NCBI GenBank assembly: GCA_964016885.1
Contig: OZ024750.1
Span: forward strand, 22,506,001 to 22,570,000
Source: Eledone cirrhosa
Lineage: Eukaryota
DNA: 64,000 bases
Reading direction: 5' to 3'
In this document: piece by piece, positions 52,486-64,000 of the stretch
Layout: the number at the start of each line of letters is the position of its first letter
Numbering within the stretch: the first letter of the stretch is position 1
Program-made: the position numbers and the translations under genes
The notes under the pieces: generated by a model
Database searches by the model: none
What the model saw: only the letters and a program-made list of their open reading frames with translations
Told to the model about the DNA's origin: nothing

Positions 52486-54663
52486 GTATGTGTGTGTCTG
52501 TGTTTATGTTTACTTAGCACCAGATCCAACTTTTGACAAATGCTACAACCGCAGACATGGCTATGTAGTTAAGGGGTTATATAAGGGTGCGTGTGTGTTT
52601 ATTTATGTTTACTCAGTACCAGAAACAGCTTTTGAGAAGTACCACAACTGCATACATGGTTGTGTAGTTAAGAAGTTATATAAGCGCGTATGCGTATATG
52701 TTTATGTTAACTCAGTACCAGGTAAAAGTCGAAAGAATTGCCACAACCGTAGACATGGTTGTGTAGTTCAAGACTTTTATAAATGTGTGTGTATATATGT
52801 TAACTCAGTACCAGGTAAAAGTGTCTCAATGGTAATTATTTCACTAGAATGTTTTGTAGTGGAGAACCGGAGAACCATGCCAAATACATGAAATCTTCCA
52901 ACCTAATACGGACATTTAGTAACAGCGAAGACAATGACGATTTCCTAGATCACATTACTAACCAAATATTCGACATTGTTATAACCAAGCGTTTATAAAT
53001 GTTTATCTTGGCCTAAACTAAACGCCTGTAAAATGTGAACTTAATACAAAATTTCAAGTTCATAATATATTACCTATGTCTACTTGGTAATATACAGGTT
53101 GTTTTCTGAATTTGTTGGTGAATTACCAGGTTATGTAAGTTCTTTGGTTAATGGTACCAATATTCCTTAGACCAATATTTCTCAACCTTTTTGGTCCCAC
53201 GCCCCACATCGACCCCCACACCCTAAAAAATAAATAAAAGTGCGCCCTACCATGATTGGGCAAAGTTAGCTACTTCATAGCATGTAACATAGTCAATGTC
53301 AATTTCAAATCAATGTCAAAGTTGATAAATGACGTACTAATCCAATTTTGGGGTCGGTTTGCACCTCTGTTTCTATTCCTCACTTCTTAATTCTCACTTT
53401 CTGTCTGGAAGAAATCGGATGTATTTAGACGTGAAGAGATGGACTCCATCAGGTTTTGGCACACCTAAAACTCAATCCGTAGTTAAGAGCATATAGATGG
53501 ATACAGCATAGTATATACGCCTTACTCTGAAGTTCCTCCAACACTCCCACCTTAGACTAAAGGTATAGTTTTGTCTTGAATAACACCGTGGACTGCCCAT
53601 CTTGCAAGCCATTGTTAAATTTGAAAGGTGCTAATCTTTATTTTTTAGAAAGTCTTCAGAAAGTGATGAATTTCCGTCGGTTTTGACGATGAGTGTTGCA
53701 GTTGTTCGATCAACGGAAAAACCTGCTCGTGAAATTAACGTGTAAGTGGCTGTGCATTCCACTGTGACACAGTGTGTGTGACACGGCTGGCACTCTTTGA
53801 ATTATTGAATTACAGATACAGTCTATCGGACGGGCTTTCTATCCAATTTCATTCACAGGGGGCGATTTGAGTCCTGGTAAATGACACTTGTTTGGGACGA
53901 GTTGGTTCTCGGTCCAGAGATCTTTTGAGCTTCATAGTTGGTTCTGTGTGAGTTTCAGGAATACTGATGATGAGTCACTGTAACTTTGTTGTTGTTATTG
54001 ATGCGACTGTTATTAATGTTGTTGTTGCTACTGCTGTTGTTGCTGTTGTTTTTGCCATTCTTGTTGTTGTTGCTGTCGTTGATGTTGTTGCTGCCGTTGT
54101 AGTTGTGGTTGTTGACATTGCTGCTGTTGTTGTAGTTGACACTGTTTTTATAGAAACTCTATACTCCACCAGGCAGTTGCAGTAATCCTGCACATTAAAT
54201 ATACATACTCTAATTTAAACTTATATTATATAACATTACAATAACATAATTCATTATATTATATGTTTAGTTATATCAGTTTACTTACCTTGCTAATGCA
54301 TGGTAAGTAAACTTACGTGTTTTAAATTATATAATTTAATGTTATCATGCTGTGATATCATTTCACGTCTATACGTTTCCTTTTTCATGTGTGGCTTCGC
54401 TAATTATACCAATATGGCCGAATGGTTAAAAAGTCCGCTTGACAATCGCGAGGTTCAGGGTTCTATCCTATCGTGTGGAATCTTGGGCAAGCGTCTTTTA
54501 CCAGAGATTCAGATCGACATAAGCCTTTTAAACGAAACTGGGTAGATGGAAACTGTTTGGAAGTCCTTTGAATGGATTGTACTTGTAATTCAAATGAAAA
54601 TTCTTGTTACATGTTGTCACGCCGAATTCTCTTTAGTATTATGTTATGGATACACGCGCCTAT

Positions 54664-54802
54664 AGAGGGTGGACTAAAAGTCGTGATACATAGGATACGA
54701 GGGTATCTGTAGATTAGAAAAGAACACGTTAAAAAATAAATAAATATGGAAACTTTAAAATGTAGTTATTTTTCCTATGTATTGCAACTTTTGGTCCACT
54801 CT
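54664..54802. mobile_element. Tc1/mariner-type MITE
   Basis: TA-GAGGGTGGACTAAAAGT ... ACTTTTGGTCCACTCTG-TA. Confidence 0.65.
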
Positions 54803-55235
54803 GTAGAATACTCAGCCACTTAAAAGTTAATTTCTAATTTCTCAAACACAAGCTTAATAATCAAAACGTTAGTTATAGTATTTACTAAATCCCTACAAAT
54901 TCTTGATTATTTTCAAAATTACTTAAAAATTACTTAAAAACCACCGGTTTACTGTATCAACCCCTACATATTCACCACCATCATCACCACCACATGTACC
55001 ATTACAGCTTTTAACACCAACTTTTCAGATGTCACTAGATCTTCCTTTTTTTTTTTTCCAATGCTCTGTAAATAAAATCTATTATATTCTAACAACTAAG
55101 AATATTTTTGGCACTTAACCTGTATTAACCTAGCGCTTGCCAACTTTCGAGATTTTCTTCTCTAGTAACATGCATAGAACTGTGTCGAAGTCTTAAACCC
55201 CAAACCTGCCATATTCTCAAGTTCACATCTTCTCT

Positions 55236-55298
<63 letters not shown>

Positions 55299-55641
55299 AC
55301 GCACACACATATGCACCACTCTCTCTCTCTCTTTCGCCCTCCCTCTCACTCCCTTCTGTCTTTGTATAAATTCCTTAGTTTCTGCTTTCTGATTATTTAT
55401 AAATTAGGCGTAGGCATGGCTGTGTGATAATTGAGTTCGTGTCGTAACCAAATAGTTCTGGGTTCAATTCCGATGTGTGGCATCTTGGGCTACTATATCC
55501 TCTCTTTGACCAATGCTTTGGGAGTGGAATTTGCAAAATTTGGTAGACTGAATTTGCTGAATTCCGTCATATATATACGTACGTACGTACGTGCGTACGT
55601 ATGTATATATGTATGTATGCATGTATAGTATATATTATGTT

Positions 55642-55836
55642 AGGTCCCTCTCGAGTGCTACTGGTAACATGTAACCCAGTACAACCTGTCTCATGGTCGG
55701 GTCGTCGGCGACTAAACCAGCAACCCCACCAAGCTAGCATGGTGAGGAGGGTGATATTTGGACACCCTGCCGGATGAAATACAAGACCCGGTAAAGGGCA
55801 GAGGAACTCAGCAGTGTCAACGACCATCCAAATAGT

Positions 55837-55871
<35 letters not shown>

Positions 55872-56172
55872 TGGGAGTGAAAAGTCCCCAGTTGTTGTCA
55901 CAACACCTTTCTTGGAGAGAGACACTCTGAAAAAAAAACCTGCAGCTTCGGAAGCACCCGATGGTGTTGACCAGTTCTCCTTTTCGGGTAGTGTTTTCGA
56001 TGCTCAGAGAGTGGGATTGGTCGAGTGCAAGACCTTTCCCCACTTAAAAAAACCTTCAAAGCACAGGCACTGCTTGTTCAGGATCTGTTACAGGTTTGTG
56101 TGACTGGCCGTAGCCTAAAAGTGCACCGAACTCTATAATCTGACAACACTCTTAGCAGAGTTTGCAGCCATC
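55642..56172 (+). mobile_element. Bipartite RTE-related element (third family) with long leader
   Basis: Contains GATGGTGTTGACCAGTTCTCCTTTTCGGG...CTCAGAGAGTGGGATTGG...CACAGGCACTGC, homologous to the 9.5, 29.8 and 33.5 kb elements. It ends GCAGCCATCAT. Confidence 0.65.
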
Positions 56173-56176
56173 ATAG

Positions 56177-56207
<31 letters not shown>

Positions 56208-57374
56208 TGTGTCACGCTGAATCTCTACGAGGACTACGTTGAGAGCACACGTGTCTGTGGAATACTCAGCCATTTACACGTTAATATCTCGAGCAGGCTG
56301 TTTCGTTGTTCGAACAACTGAGAGACATTTGTCGGAACCGACAGAGATCCAACAGACATAATTACATATTCCCCCACCAGATGGGGAGGAATGCGTCATG
56401 AGTAATAAAGCCCCGTGTGATGTCTAGCATATCAAGAGATTGTAGCAGTTTATATTGTATGGTCAATAAGTAGACAAGGCGTGGTGTTGTATGTTGTAGT
56501 TTTTACATAAGTGTAGTGATTATCTTTTTGTTGAATGAATCTAGGTTGACATGTGCTCATTGGAAGATGTTTTCAAGGTCTTTGTTCACTGAAGTATATT
56601 CACATTTATATACACTCGTTTGGTATTTAGGTTGTGTTTAGATCCTGCTTGTATATTTGTTATATGTGCCACACGCAAGAATGTACACAAGCACGTACTC
56701 GCTCACCCTTAGTCTTGTGAAAATTATGTTGTGTTCACGTAATCAGGATTTCCACATACATGCATACAACATGAAGTCTCCCCTCGCCACGCTACCGATG
56801 TTGTCAAAGAGAAAAACAAATGCTGAAACAGTCTGGCACCAATGTCGTAACAACTAATTGTTTTCAACTGAGTAAATTGGAGCAACTTCAGATGACGTGT
56901 CTTCCTCAAGGACACGATGCGTCGCCCGGTCCTGGAATCGAACTCACGACCTTACGATCTTGTTTCCAGCTCTTTGACCACTAAGCCAGGCCCTTCACGT
57001 ATGTTTACTATACGTAGCATTGTTGGGTTGGAGCCATGGATTTGCGGAACCATTTGAGTGTTGGACAAATGCTTTGCAGTAATTTGTTTCGGCTATTTAC
57101 ATTTTGAATTCAAATCCCGCCGAGGTCAATTTTGCCATGTATCGTCTCTGTGTCGTTAAAATAAAGTATCACTCAAGTACTAGGTCGATTTAACTCTTAA
57201 CATCCTGTACCACATGGAACCACATGGAACCACATGGAACCACATGAACAAGACATACTTGAGAGGTGCAAAATCGCACTATGATGACACCGTGCTAAAA
57301 ATTAAAGTCTTTAGTTTAGTTTCATAACAATCTGTTCTCTAGGAAAGATACTATAAAGATTTGTATTAACAAAC

Positions 57375-57795
57375 TCTTCTTCTTCGCTCACTTATTCCTG
57401 AGAGGGTCGTGGAAGCAGAGTCCTCAAACACACCTTCCAGCGGGTCCTGTCAGAAGCAACCATCTCCAACTGATCTGGCTGGATCCCCAAGCATGACCAG
57501 CCAAACTCATGGATGTTATTCAACCATCTTGCTCGGGGTCTACTCCTGGGGCCCCTACCTGTTGGTTTCGCCCGTAAAATCTGTCCAGCAATTCTTTCCT
57601 GTGACATTCTAACCACATGTCCATACTATCGGACCTGTGATCTCTCAATTCAGAGAAGTAGCGGTTCTACCTGGAATGACTCTCCTCTTATCTCAAAGCT
57701 ACGCACTTTATCGAGTAACGTTACTCCAAAGACTCTTCGAATGAATCCCATTTCGACCTCTTGTATTCGCGATCGTATTCTTTCGGTCATTACTC
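57375..57795 (-). mobile_element. RTE-clade LINE 3' fragment
   Basis: GHVVRMSQERIAGQILRAKPTGRGPRSRPRARWLNNI...DRTRWK, with a (GAA)n tail. Confidence 0.85.
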
Positions 57796-58204
57796 GTATT
57801 AACAAACTTGCTTTTAAATAGTTTCTACAAAGTGTTAACTTACACCTATCCTCCCATTATTGCTGACCTTAAATTAGAAACCATATCGTATATGGGTTTA
57901 TGTGAGCATTTATTCTGAATGACGCTGTTTGTACTAATGTAAAGAGTTAATTGTTAAATCTTAAGATAAATGAACTGCTATTGTTAGTCTATTTCACGGC
58001 AGTGTATATCTACAAGTAAATATATATTAACTCTGCTGTAACTGAGAATGTGTTTGTTGCCTTGCATACTGTTTCTACGGTACATTAACCACGTTATTGA
58101 TGTCATTGCTAACAATACATAAATACTCACGCACATAAATACATAGACACACACACATACGCATACACAGTTGCATATACGCATCCGCGCACTTACATAC
58201 GTAG

Positions 58205-58265
<61 letters not shown>

Positions 58266-58843
58266 CACACACATCTAACCACATACACTCACTCACTCAC
58301 AAACGTTCCCTCACACACCCCCCTCTGTCATATGCTCGCTAGCTCAGTCACACATATACACACGCACAAACACCTACACACGCCATAGGACTTAATAACA
58401 ACCTTCAGTACACACAACAAACCTTCACCATTCAAACGTAACCCAGACATACCACGCTTAACTTGAACTTCTTTTATGCACAGATCTGAAAATTGTCACC
58501 ATTTGGCAGACGACAAGCTTAATTTTCAACACAGCGCAGAAGAGTAAAAAATGTTACTTTAGATTCTTTTTCTTGTGTATCTATTGATCTCAGATTGTTG
58601 TCGTTCGTCTGACCGAGATCAGAGATCAGTGATCAGTTTTTAGAGTCTACCACGGGAAGGTCAACAAACTTGGTCCCCACTTTAGATTTAACATTTATTT
58701 GTTGTTTTTTTTCTTGGTTTCTAAGTTTTTGTCACATTGCTTGCAACCTCACTGAAATATTTCCACAAAAAGTCTTATGAAAATTTAGACGTCAAGAAAT
58801 AATTGATGAATATAAAGTAAAGTTAACAGTTTTTTTTTTTTGT

Positions 58844-58874
<31 letters not shown>

Positions 58875-59099
58875 GGTAAATGACTAAAATGACTCCGCGT
58901 TTGGGAAGTATTGTGTTCTTGAAAATCCTGTTAAGATTTACTTAACTCCTGTTAAGAGTTTCCGTAAGGTCGAAATGAAGTCGCCATGTCTTAGAATTTC
59001 CGTAACTTGAGTTGACCGTAGCGCAGGTCATGTTTTTACTTGAGTACCGATTAGCTAATAACATTCTAATAATACAAAGCACAAAAGTTACCGATATTA

Positions 59100-59442
59100 G
59101 AGTAAAGGGTAAAGACCCCCATCGATCACGAATGACCATGGCATTTGCACCTAGAAAGTTTCCCTCCGAGGCACAAGTCCGGGCAAGGTTGTTTGTGTAA
59201 GACCAGCAGTTGCCCATGCATACTAGCTTCCCCTCCTCATGCCACCGATGTTGTCCAAGGGAAAGGCAATGGCCGATACAGCTTGGCACCAGTGACGTCA
59301 CAACTCATTTCTACAGCTGAATGAATTGGAGCAACGTGAAATAAAGTGTCTTGCTCAAAACACAACGCAAAGCCCGGTCCGAGAATCGAACTCACAACCT
59401 CACTATTGTAAACCCGACGCTCTAACTACTAAACCATGAGCA
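59100..59442 (-). mobile_element. tRNA-derived SINE with family B head and a distinct tail
   Basis: Minus strand B-box GAGTTCGATTCTC, TTGAGCAAGACACTTTATTTCACGTTGCTCCA, and a tail ending GGGGGTCTTTACCCTTTAC. Confidence 0.75.
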
Positions 59443-59878
59443 CTGATTGGCTGAAAACACTCTACAAAGCACAAAAGTGACCGATATTAGAGTGTTGCTT
59501 ACATATTAATCTCACATATATTCATATATTTGCAGGTTTTATAGTCTTTCATCTTCCTTACTGGCTGGTGGTTCTGTTATTTCTAGCTGTTTATCATTCA
59601 ATGGTGCCTCTCGCTAATTGGTATTTTTGTGTGCATGTGTTCATGACAAACTTTCACTGTTACTACTAAAATGTAGTTAGTATGTCCATGAGTTAGTCTG
59701 GTTGTAGAATGTGGTCTGTGAGAGCCAGTACATATACAAGGCTGACGAACGATGCAGCATTAACATCAGATTGCATTGGGAAACTCAGAGTAGCTAGGAA
59801 GTTATGTCAGTTTAACATGTGTTTTACATTACACACACATACACACACACTCATATATATATATATATATATTATAAT

Positions 59879-60144
59879 AATAATTTGAAACTCAACGCAA
59901 AGGAAAACTGCCAAAACAGTAAAATATAGTCAATGACGAAGTTGGGTAAAGACTTACCACAAGGATAGGAATAAGTGGCTGGAAGTGTGTTGGTCTAGAA
60001 AAGTGGTAGAGAGGAACAGAGGGAGAAGATGGAAACACACTTCCAGCCACTTATTCCTGTCCTTGAGGTAAGTCTTTACCCAACGTTGTCATTGACGATA
60101 TTTTACTATTTTGGTAGTTTTCCTTTGCGTTGAGTTTCAAATTA
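59879..60144 (+). mobile_element. Fold-back (about 110-bp arms) next to (TA)n with a degenerate hammerhead
   Basis: 59881-59991 mirrors 60034-60144. The right arm has TTGA-GGTAA gtct TTACC-CAACGTT-GTC and GCGTTGAGTTTC. Confidence 0.6.
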
Positions 60145-60265
60145 ATTCTGTAAATTTCTATTGCACTTCGTGCTTCAACTCGATTTTTGAGACAACACTT
60201 ATACTACAACACAAAATTTATTGTACCTGTAATTCAACAGGGAAGTCTAGTCACATGCTGTGGTA

Positions 60266-60720
60266 TGCTTCTTCTTTTTATCGTGTCCACAAGAGTGTCA
60301 GTTACAAAACTTGGCTAGATGTGGTTGCGCCACAACTAAACACATTGCTGTCCTTTCTCATTAAACTCTGCCAAGTCCAATGGTGTGCAGGGATGTTCCA
60401 GCAGGGGTAATATCAGGAGGTGCAGCGTAAGTGGTTTAGATGAGTCAGCTGCTATAATTTACATGCAAATATCGTATCAAAGTCTACCGATCTTCTTGTC
60501 GTGTCCACAAGAGTGTCAGTTAGAGTGTCTTGGCTAGATGTGGTTTCGCCACAGCTGAACACATTGCTGTTTTTTCTCATTAATCTCTGCCAAGTCCAAT
60601 GCTGTGCAGGGGTGTTCCAGCAGGGGGCATATCAAGAGGTGCTGTGTAGTCTGTGGTTCGATGCCGCAACCACACACAATGTCCCCTTCATTTAAATATC
60701 CCCATTTTGTCATGCTGAAT
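60266..60720 (-). mobile_element. Two adjacent 3' ends of a zinc-knuckle LINE (clade uncertain)
   Basis: KWGY...CGCG.EPQTTQHLLICP (CCHC-type) ending GTGGACACGA plus an AAG-rich tail, duplicated at 60266-60422 and 60491-60720. Confidence 0.7.
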
Positions 60721-61034
60721 CGCCTTAAGAAATATGTTAGGTGTACATGTGTCAATGGAATGCTCGCTGGTCTGTTGATCGGACTAATCGTCGAAACCGA
60801 CAGGGATCCTTTACTTCATCGCTAAATAACTAGCATTGCTGCTTAAATAGGAAGTTGACCATGATGTATTCAAGGAAATCTCTTTGTGTTCTTATTTACA
60901 CATTCTCTATGGTATACGCTACATTGAACAACATAATCAATATGGTGTTTTAACTTTACTGCAATCTGATCCTTTCCTTAAGCCCAGATAACAGCTGCCA
61001 GTAGTTAGTTAGAGAGAGAGAGAGAGAGAGAGAG

Positions 61035-61151
<117 letters not shown>

Positions 61152-62798
61152 TATCTAATCAAAAGCAGATATTTGCCGTGTTTGTCAGATCTTTCTCTGT
61201 TCTGAGATCAAATCCAGCTGAGGTCAATTTTGTTTTCTATCCTTTCGGGGTGGAAATGATATTTACAATATCGATAGCATTAGACTGTCTTCGCCTGGTT
61301 ATAGCGAGGACAGTATTGTAATCTAATTAATGTTGAATTACTATGGCATAAGAACAACGTTTCCCAACCTGGAGTTCACAAACGTGCTATTGGGGGTTCA
61401 TGAGCAAAGTTCAACATTTCGAATACTTTGTTAAAAATATAATATGCACGCACTATTGGGTATCTTCTTCTCTTTCTACCTCTTCCATTTTTTCTCTCTG
61501 GAAGAAGTTCAGTTTGACCAGATATCGAGTAGTACCACAACTGGCTCACCTGCCCTCTCTTATAAAACATGGTTGTTGTTGTTGTTGTTTAGCTCAAGGT
61601 CAAATCTTGCAGGTAAGACTTGAAAATAAATGGCGTTCTAGGCGTGGCCATCTCGTTTTTATTAAGATATATTGTACCCAAGACTATATTATTCAATATG
61701 TCATTCACCTTTTAAGATAGTTGGTTGTAATTTAAGCAAAACTCGGCTGCTATTTATAGCAGGCCACTGCCTTAAAGAAACTTCCGCATTGGCCCGTGTG
61801 TTAAGTGTGTGCGTGTGAATGTGTACATGTATGTGTGTGTATATACCTCTCAGTATGTGCATGTATGTATGTACGTGTGTGTCAGCATATGTGTCCGTCC
61901 GTGAGCGTGTGTATGTGTGTATGCCTCTGAGTATGTGCATGTATGTATGTATGTACGTGTGCGTAAACATGTGTATGTGTTTATGCGTGAACGTGTGTAT
62001 GTGTGTAGATGTGTAATGTGTGTACATCTGTATGTGTGTACATCTGTATGTACGTCTATGTGTGTATGCGTGTACATTTGTATGTGTGCACATCTGTTTG
62101 TGTGTACATCTGTATGTACGTGTGTGTGTGTGTGCACATATGTATGTGTGCACATCTGTATGTGTGTACATGTGTATTTGTACATGTGTATGTGTATGAT
62201 CCATTCCTGTATAAACAAACTCACAGCTGCCAGCAAAGTTCAGTTTAAAATGCAACAAAACAGTTCCCATGCCTTATAGTCACTTGATATACAAGAAATC
62301 TCCCCACATACACTGCGCTGTCTTAGAAATAAAGAATACATTATATACTCTAAACCGAGCTATACAATGCCTGAAGAATTGACAGTTTGTTCATGCCTGG
62401 GATAATTTTGATCATAGGGCTGCTAGGTTAGAGCTGACCTGGGGCTAAATAAGAACACTAACACCAACAATAACAACAGTAGCACTGTGCCCATATACAT
62501 AATGTCACACGTCTCTCTCTCTCTCTCTGATACTATTTTACACTATGACTCACTCTTTCTTTCTCTTTTTACCTTGACTCGTTCTATCTCTCTCTCTCTC
62601 TCCCCCCCTCCCCCCACTCTCTCAATCAATTTGGTTCTCTTTTTCACTTTCTCTCTATCCATGATACACTTTTTCACTCTTCCTCTCTCCGACTCTCTTT
62701 CACTCCTTTTTTCACTTTGACACTCTCACTCTCTCTCACTTTGACTCTCTCTTTTTCTCTCTCCCTCCCTCTCACATGCACACACAAAGACTCATACA

Positions 62799-62842
<44 letters not shown>

Positions 62843-63273
62843 TATTCACGCCCCCCACCCCCCATATATACACAGAGGTAACGTGAAAATACACACTATA
62901 CTATATTCCTTTCATTTAACTAAGCTAAAAGCCAGTGAAAGGGGAGCTGTAATCGATAGAATCGATGAGATTATTGGTTAGCATTATAGATTCTCACACA
63001 CTCACACACACACACATATATATATATACATACACACATACACACATTCACCCATACATACACACACACACACACACACCCTAAAGTTATATATATAAAT
63101 GACAGCAGAGCTAGAAAGATCAATTACAGAAATATATAAATGACAGAGTTAATGCTGGTGGGATTTGAACACCGGATATGGTGAACCATATTAACACGTT
63201 ACTTTGTTTATATATAATTGAATATATTCGATTACTGCTGCACACACCACACACCACACACACACTATATATA

Positions 63274-63384
63274 TAGGAACGAGTAGGACCCCGACGGCTG
63301 AGCTCAAGCCGTTTCGACGGGTAATTCTGGACTAAAAATTTTTAGTCCAGAATTAGCCGTCGGGGTCCTATTCGTTCCTATTAC

Positions 63385-63428
<44 letters not shown>

Positions 63429-63611
63429 CGAAGGAGGTGTGGTAAGGAACCAGGTGGACCATAACGCACCAAAGTACTCAATACTTAGGGTAGTAGAGTG
63501 GGTAATAGGAAAATGTTTAACCCCGACGACAGAGCTCAAGCCGTTTCAACGACTATTTCTGGAGTCCAGAAACGGCTTGAGCTCTGCCATCGGGGTTAAA
63601 CATTTTCCTAT
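63274..63611. mobile_element. Two fold-back copies of the 6135-6338 module inside (TA)n
   Basis: 63274-63387 and 63427-63611 each contain GAGCTCAAGCCGTTTC with an inverted partial arm. Confidence 0.7.
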
Positions 63612-63814
63612 ATATATATATGTTATATATATATGTATATATATATGTTATATATATATATGTTAATTTTAGTATGAAGGAAAGACAAGTTTATCGACTC
63701 CAGAAAAATTGAAGGCAAAGTTCGGCGGTATATAAAGAGCAGGAACAAATGCTACAAAGCATTTTATCCGACTCTCTAGCGATTCATCCTACACACTGCC
63801 CTCAGTAGTTGAAA

Positions 63815-63995
63815 TAATTGTTTCTACTTTTGGCACAAGGCCAGCAATCACCCAGTACATTACTGGTACTTTATTTTATCGACCCCATAAGGATGAAAGG
63901 CAAAGTTAACCTTGACGGGATTTGAACTCAGACCGTAAAGGGACGTAACTATGCTAGAAAGCATGGCGTTCAACCCTCTATCGATACTGCCAATT
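63815..63995 (-). mobile_element. SINE family A
   Basis: Matches the 2081-2281 copy. Confidence 0.88.
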
Positions 63996-64000
63996 CAGTT

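Noticed and set aside
55642-55730. HDV-like ribozyme at the 5' end of the RTE-related element
   Set aside because: Such ribozymes are known in RTE leaders and a GTCG-tcgg-CGAC-TAA hairpin is present, but I could not build a consistent P1/P2/P3 pseudoknot by eye.
59536-59640. Candidate exon 2 after TTTGCAG
   Set aside because: Phase-1 translation (GFIVFHLPYWLVV...) shows no ankyrin pattern.

Overview
Eukaryotic, AT-rich, microsatellite-saturated DNA. The SINE and microsatellite landscape suggests an octopus or other cephalopod (inference). Nearly all ORFs in the supplied track are translations of microsatellites or minisatellites. Only one host coding exon is convincing: 8931-9102 (+), the first coding exon of an RVxF plus ankyrin-repeat PP1 regulatory subunit (PPP1R27-like), ending in a phase-1 GTAAGC donor. 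No second exon was recognised, so the rest of the window may be one very long intron. The remainder is transposon-derived: tRNA-headed SINEs, RTE-clade LINE fragments and bipartite RTE derivatives in (ATGT)n tracts, CR1/L2-like and zinc-knuckle LINE 3' ends, hAT MITEs with 8-bp TSDs, Tc1/mariner MITEs and several minisatellites. The most striking structure is a set of diverse short non-coding modules wedged inside (TA)n tracts. Many form 100-330 bp fold-backs and carry type I hammerhead ribozymes with covarying stems. In several families the ribozyme lies inside an apparent spliceosomal intron followed by a conserved TTGAGTRCT motif. These are best read as Penelope-like element (PLE) pseudo-LTR remnants or non-autonomous derivatives targeted to TA repeats. 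Coordinates of repeats and degenerate elements were read by eye and are approximate.
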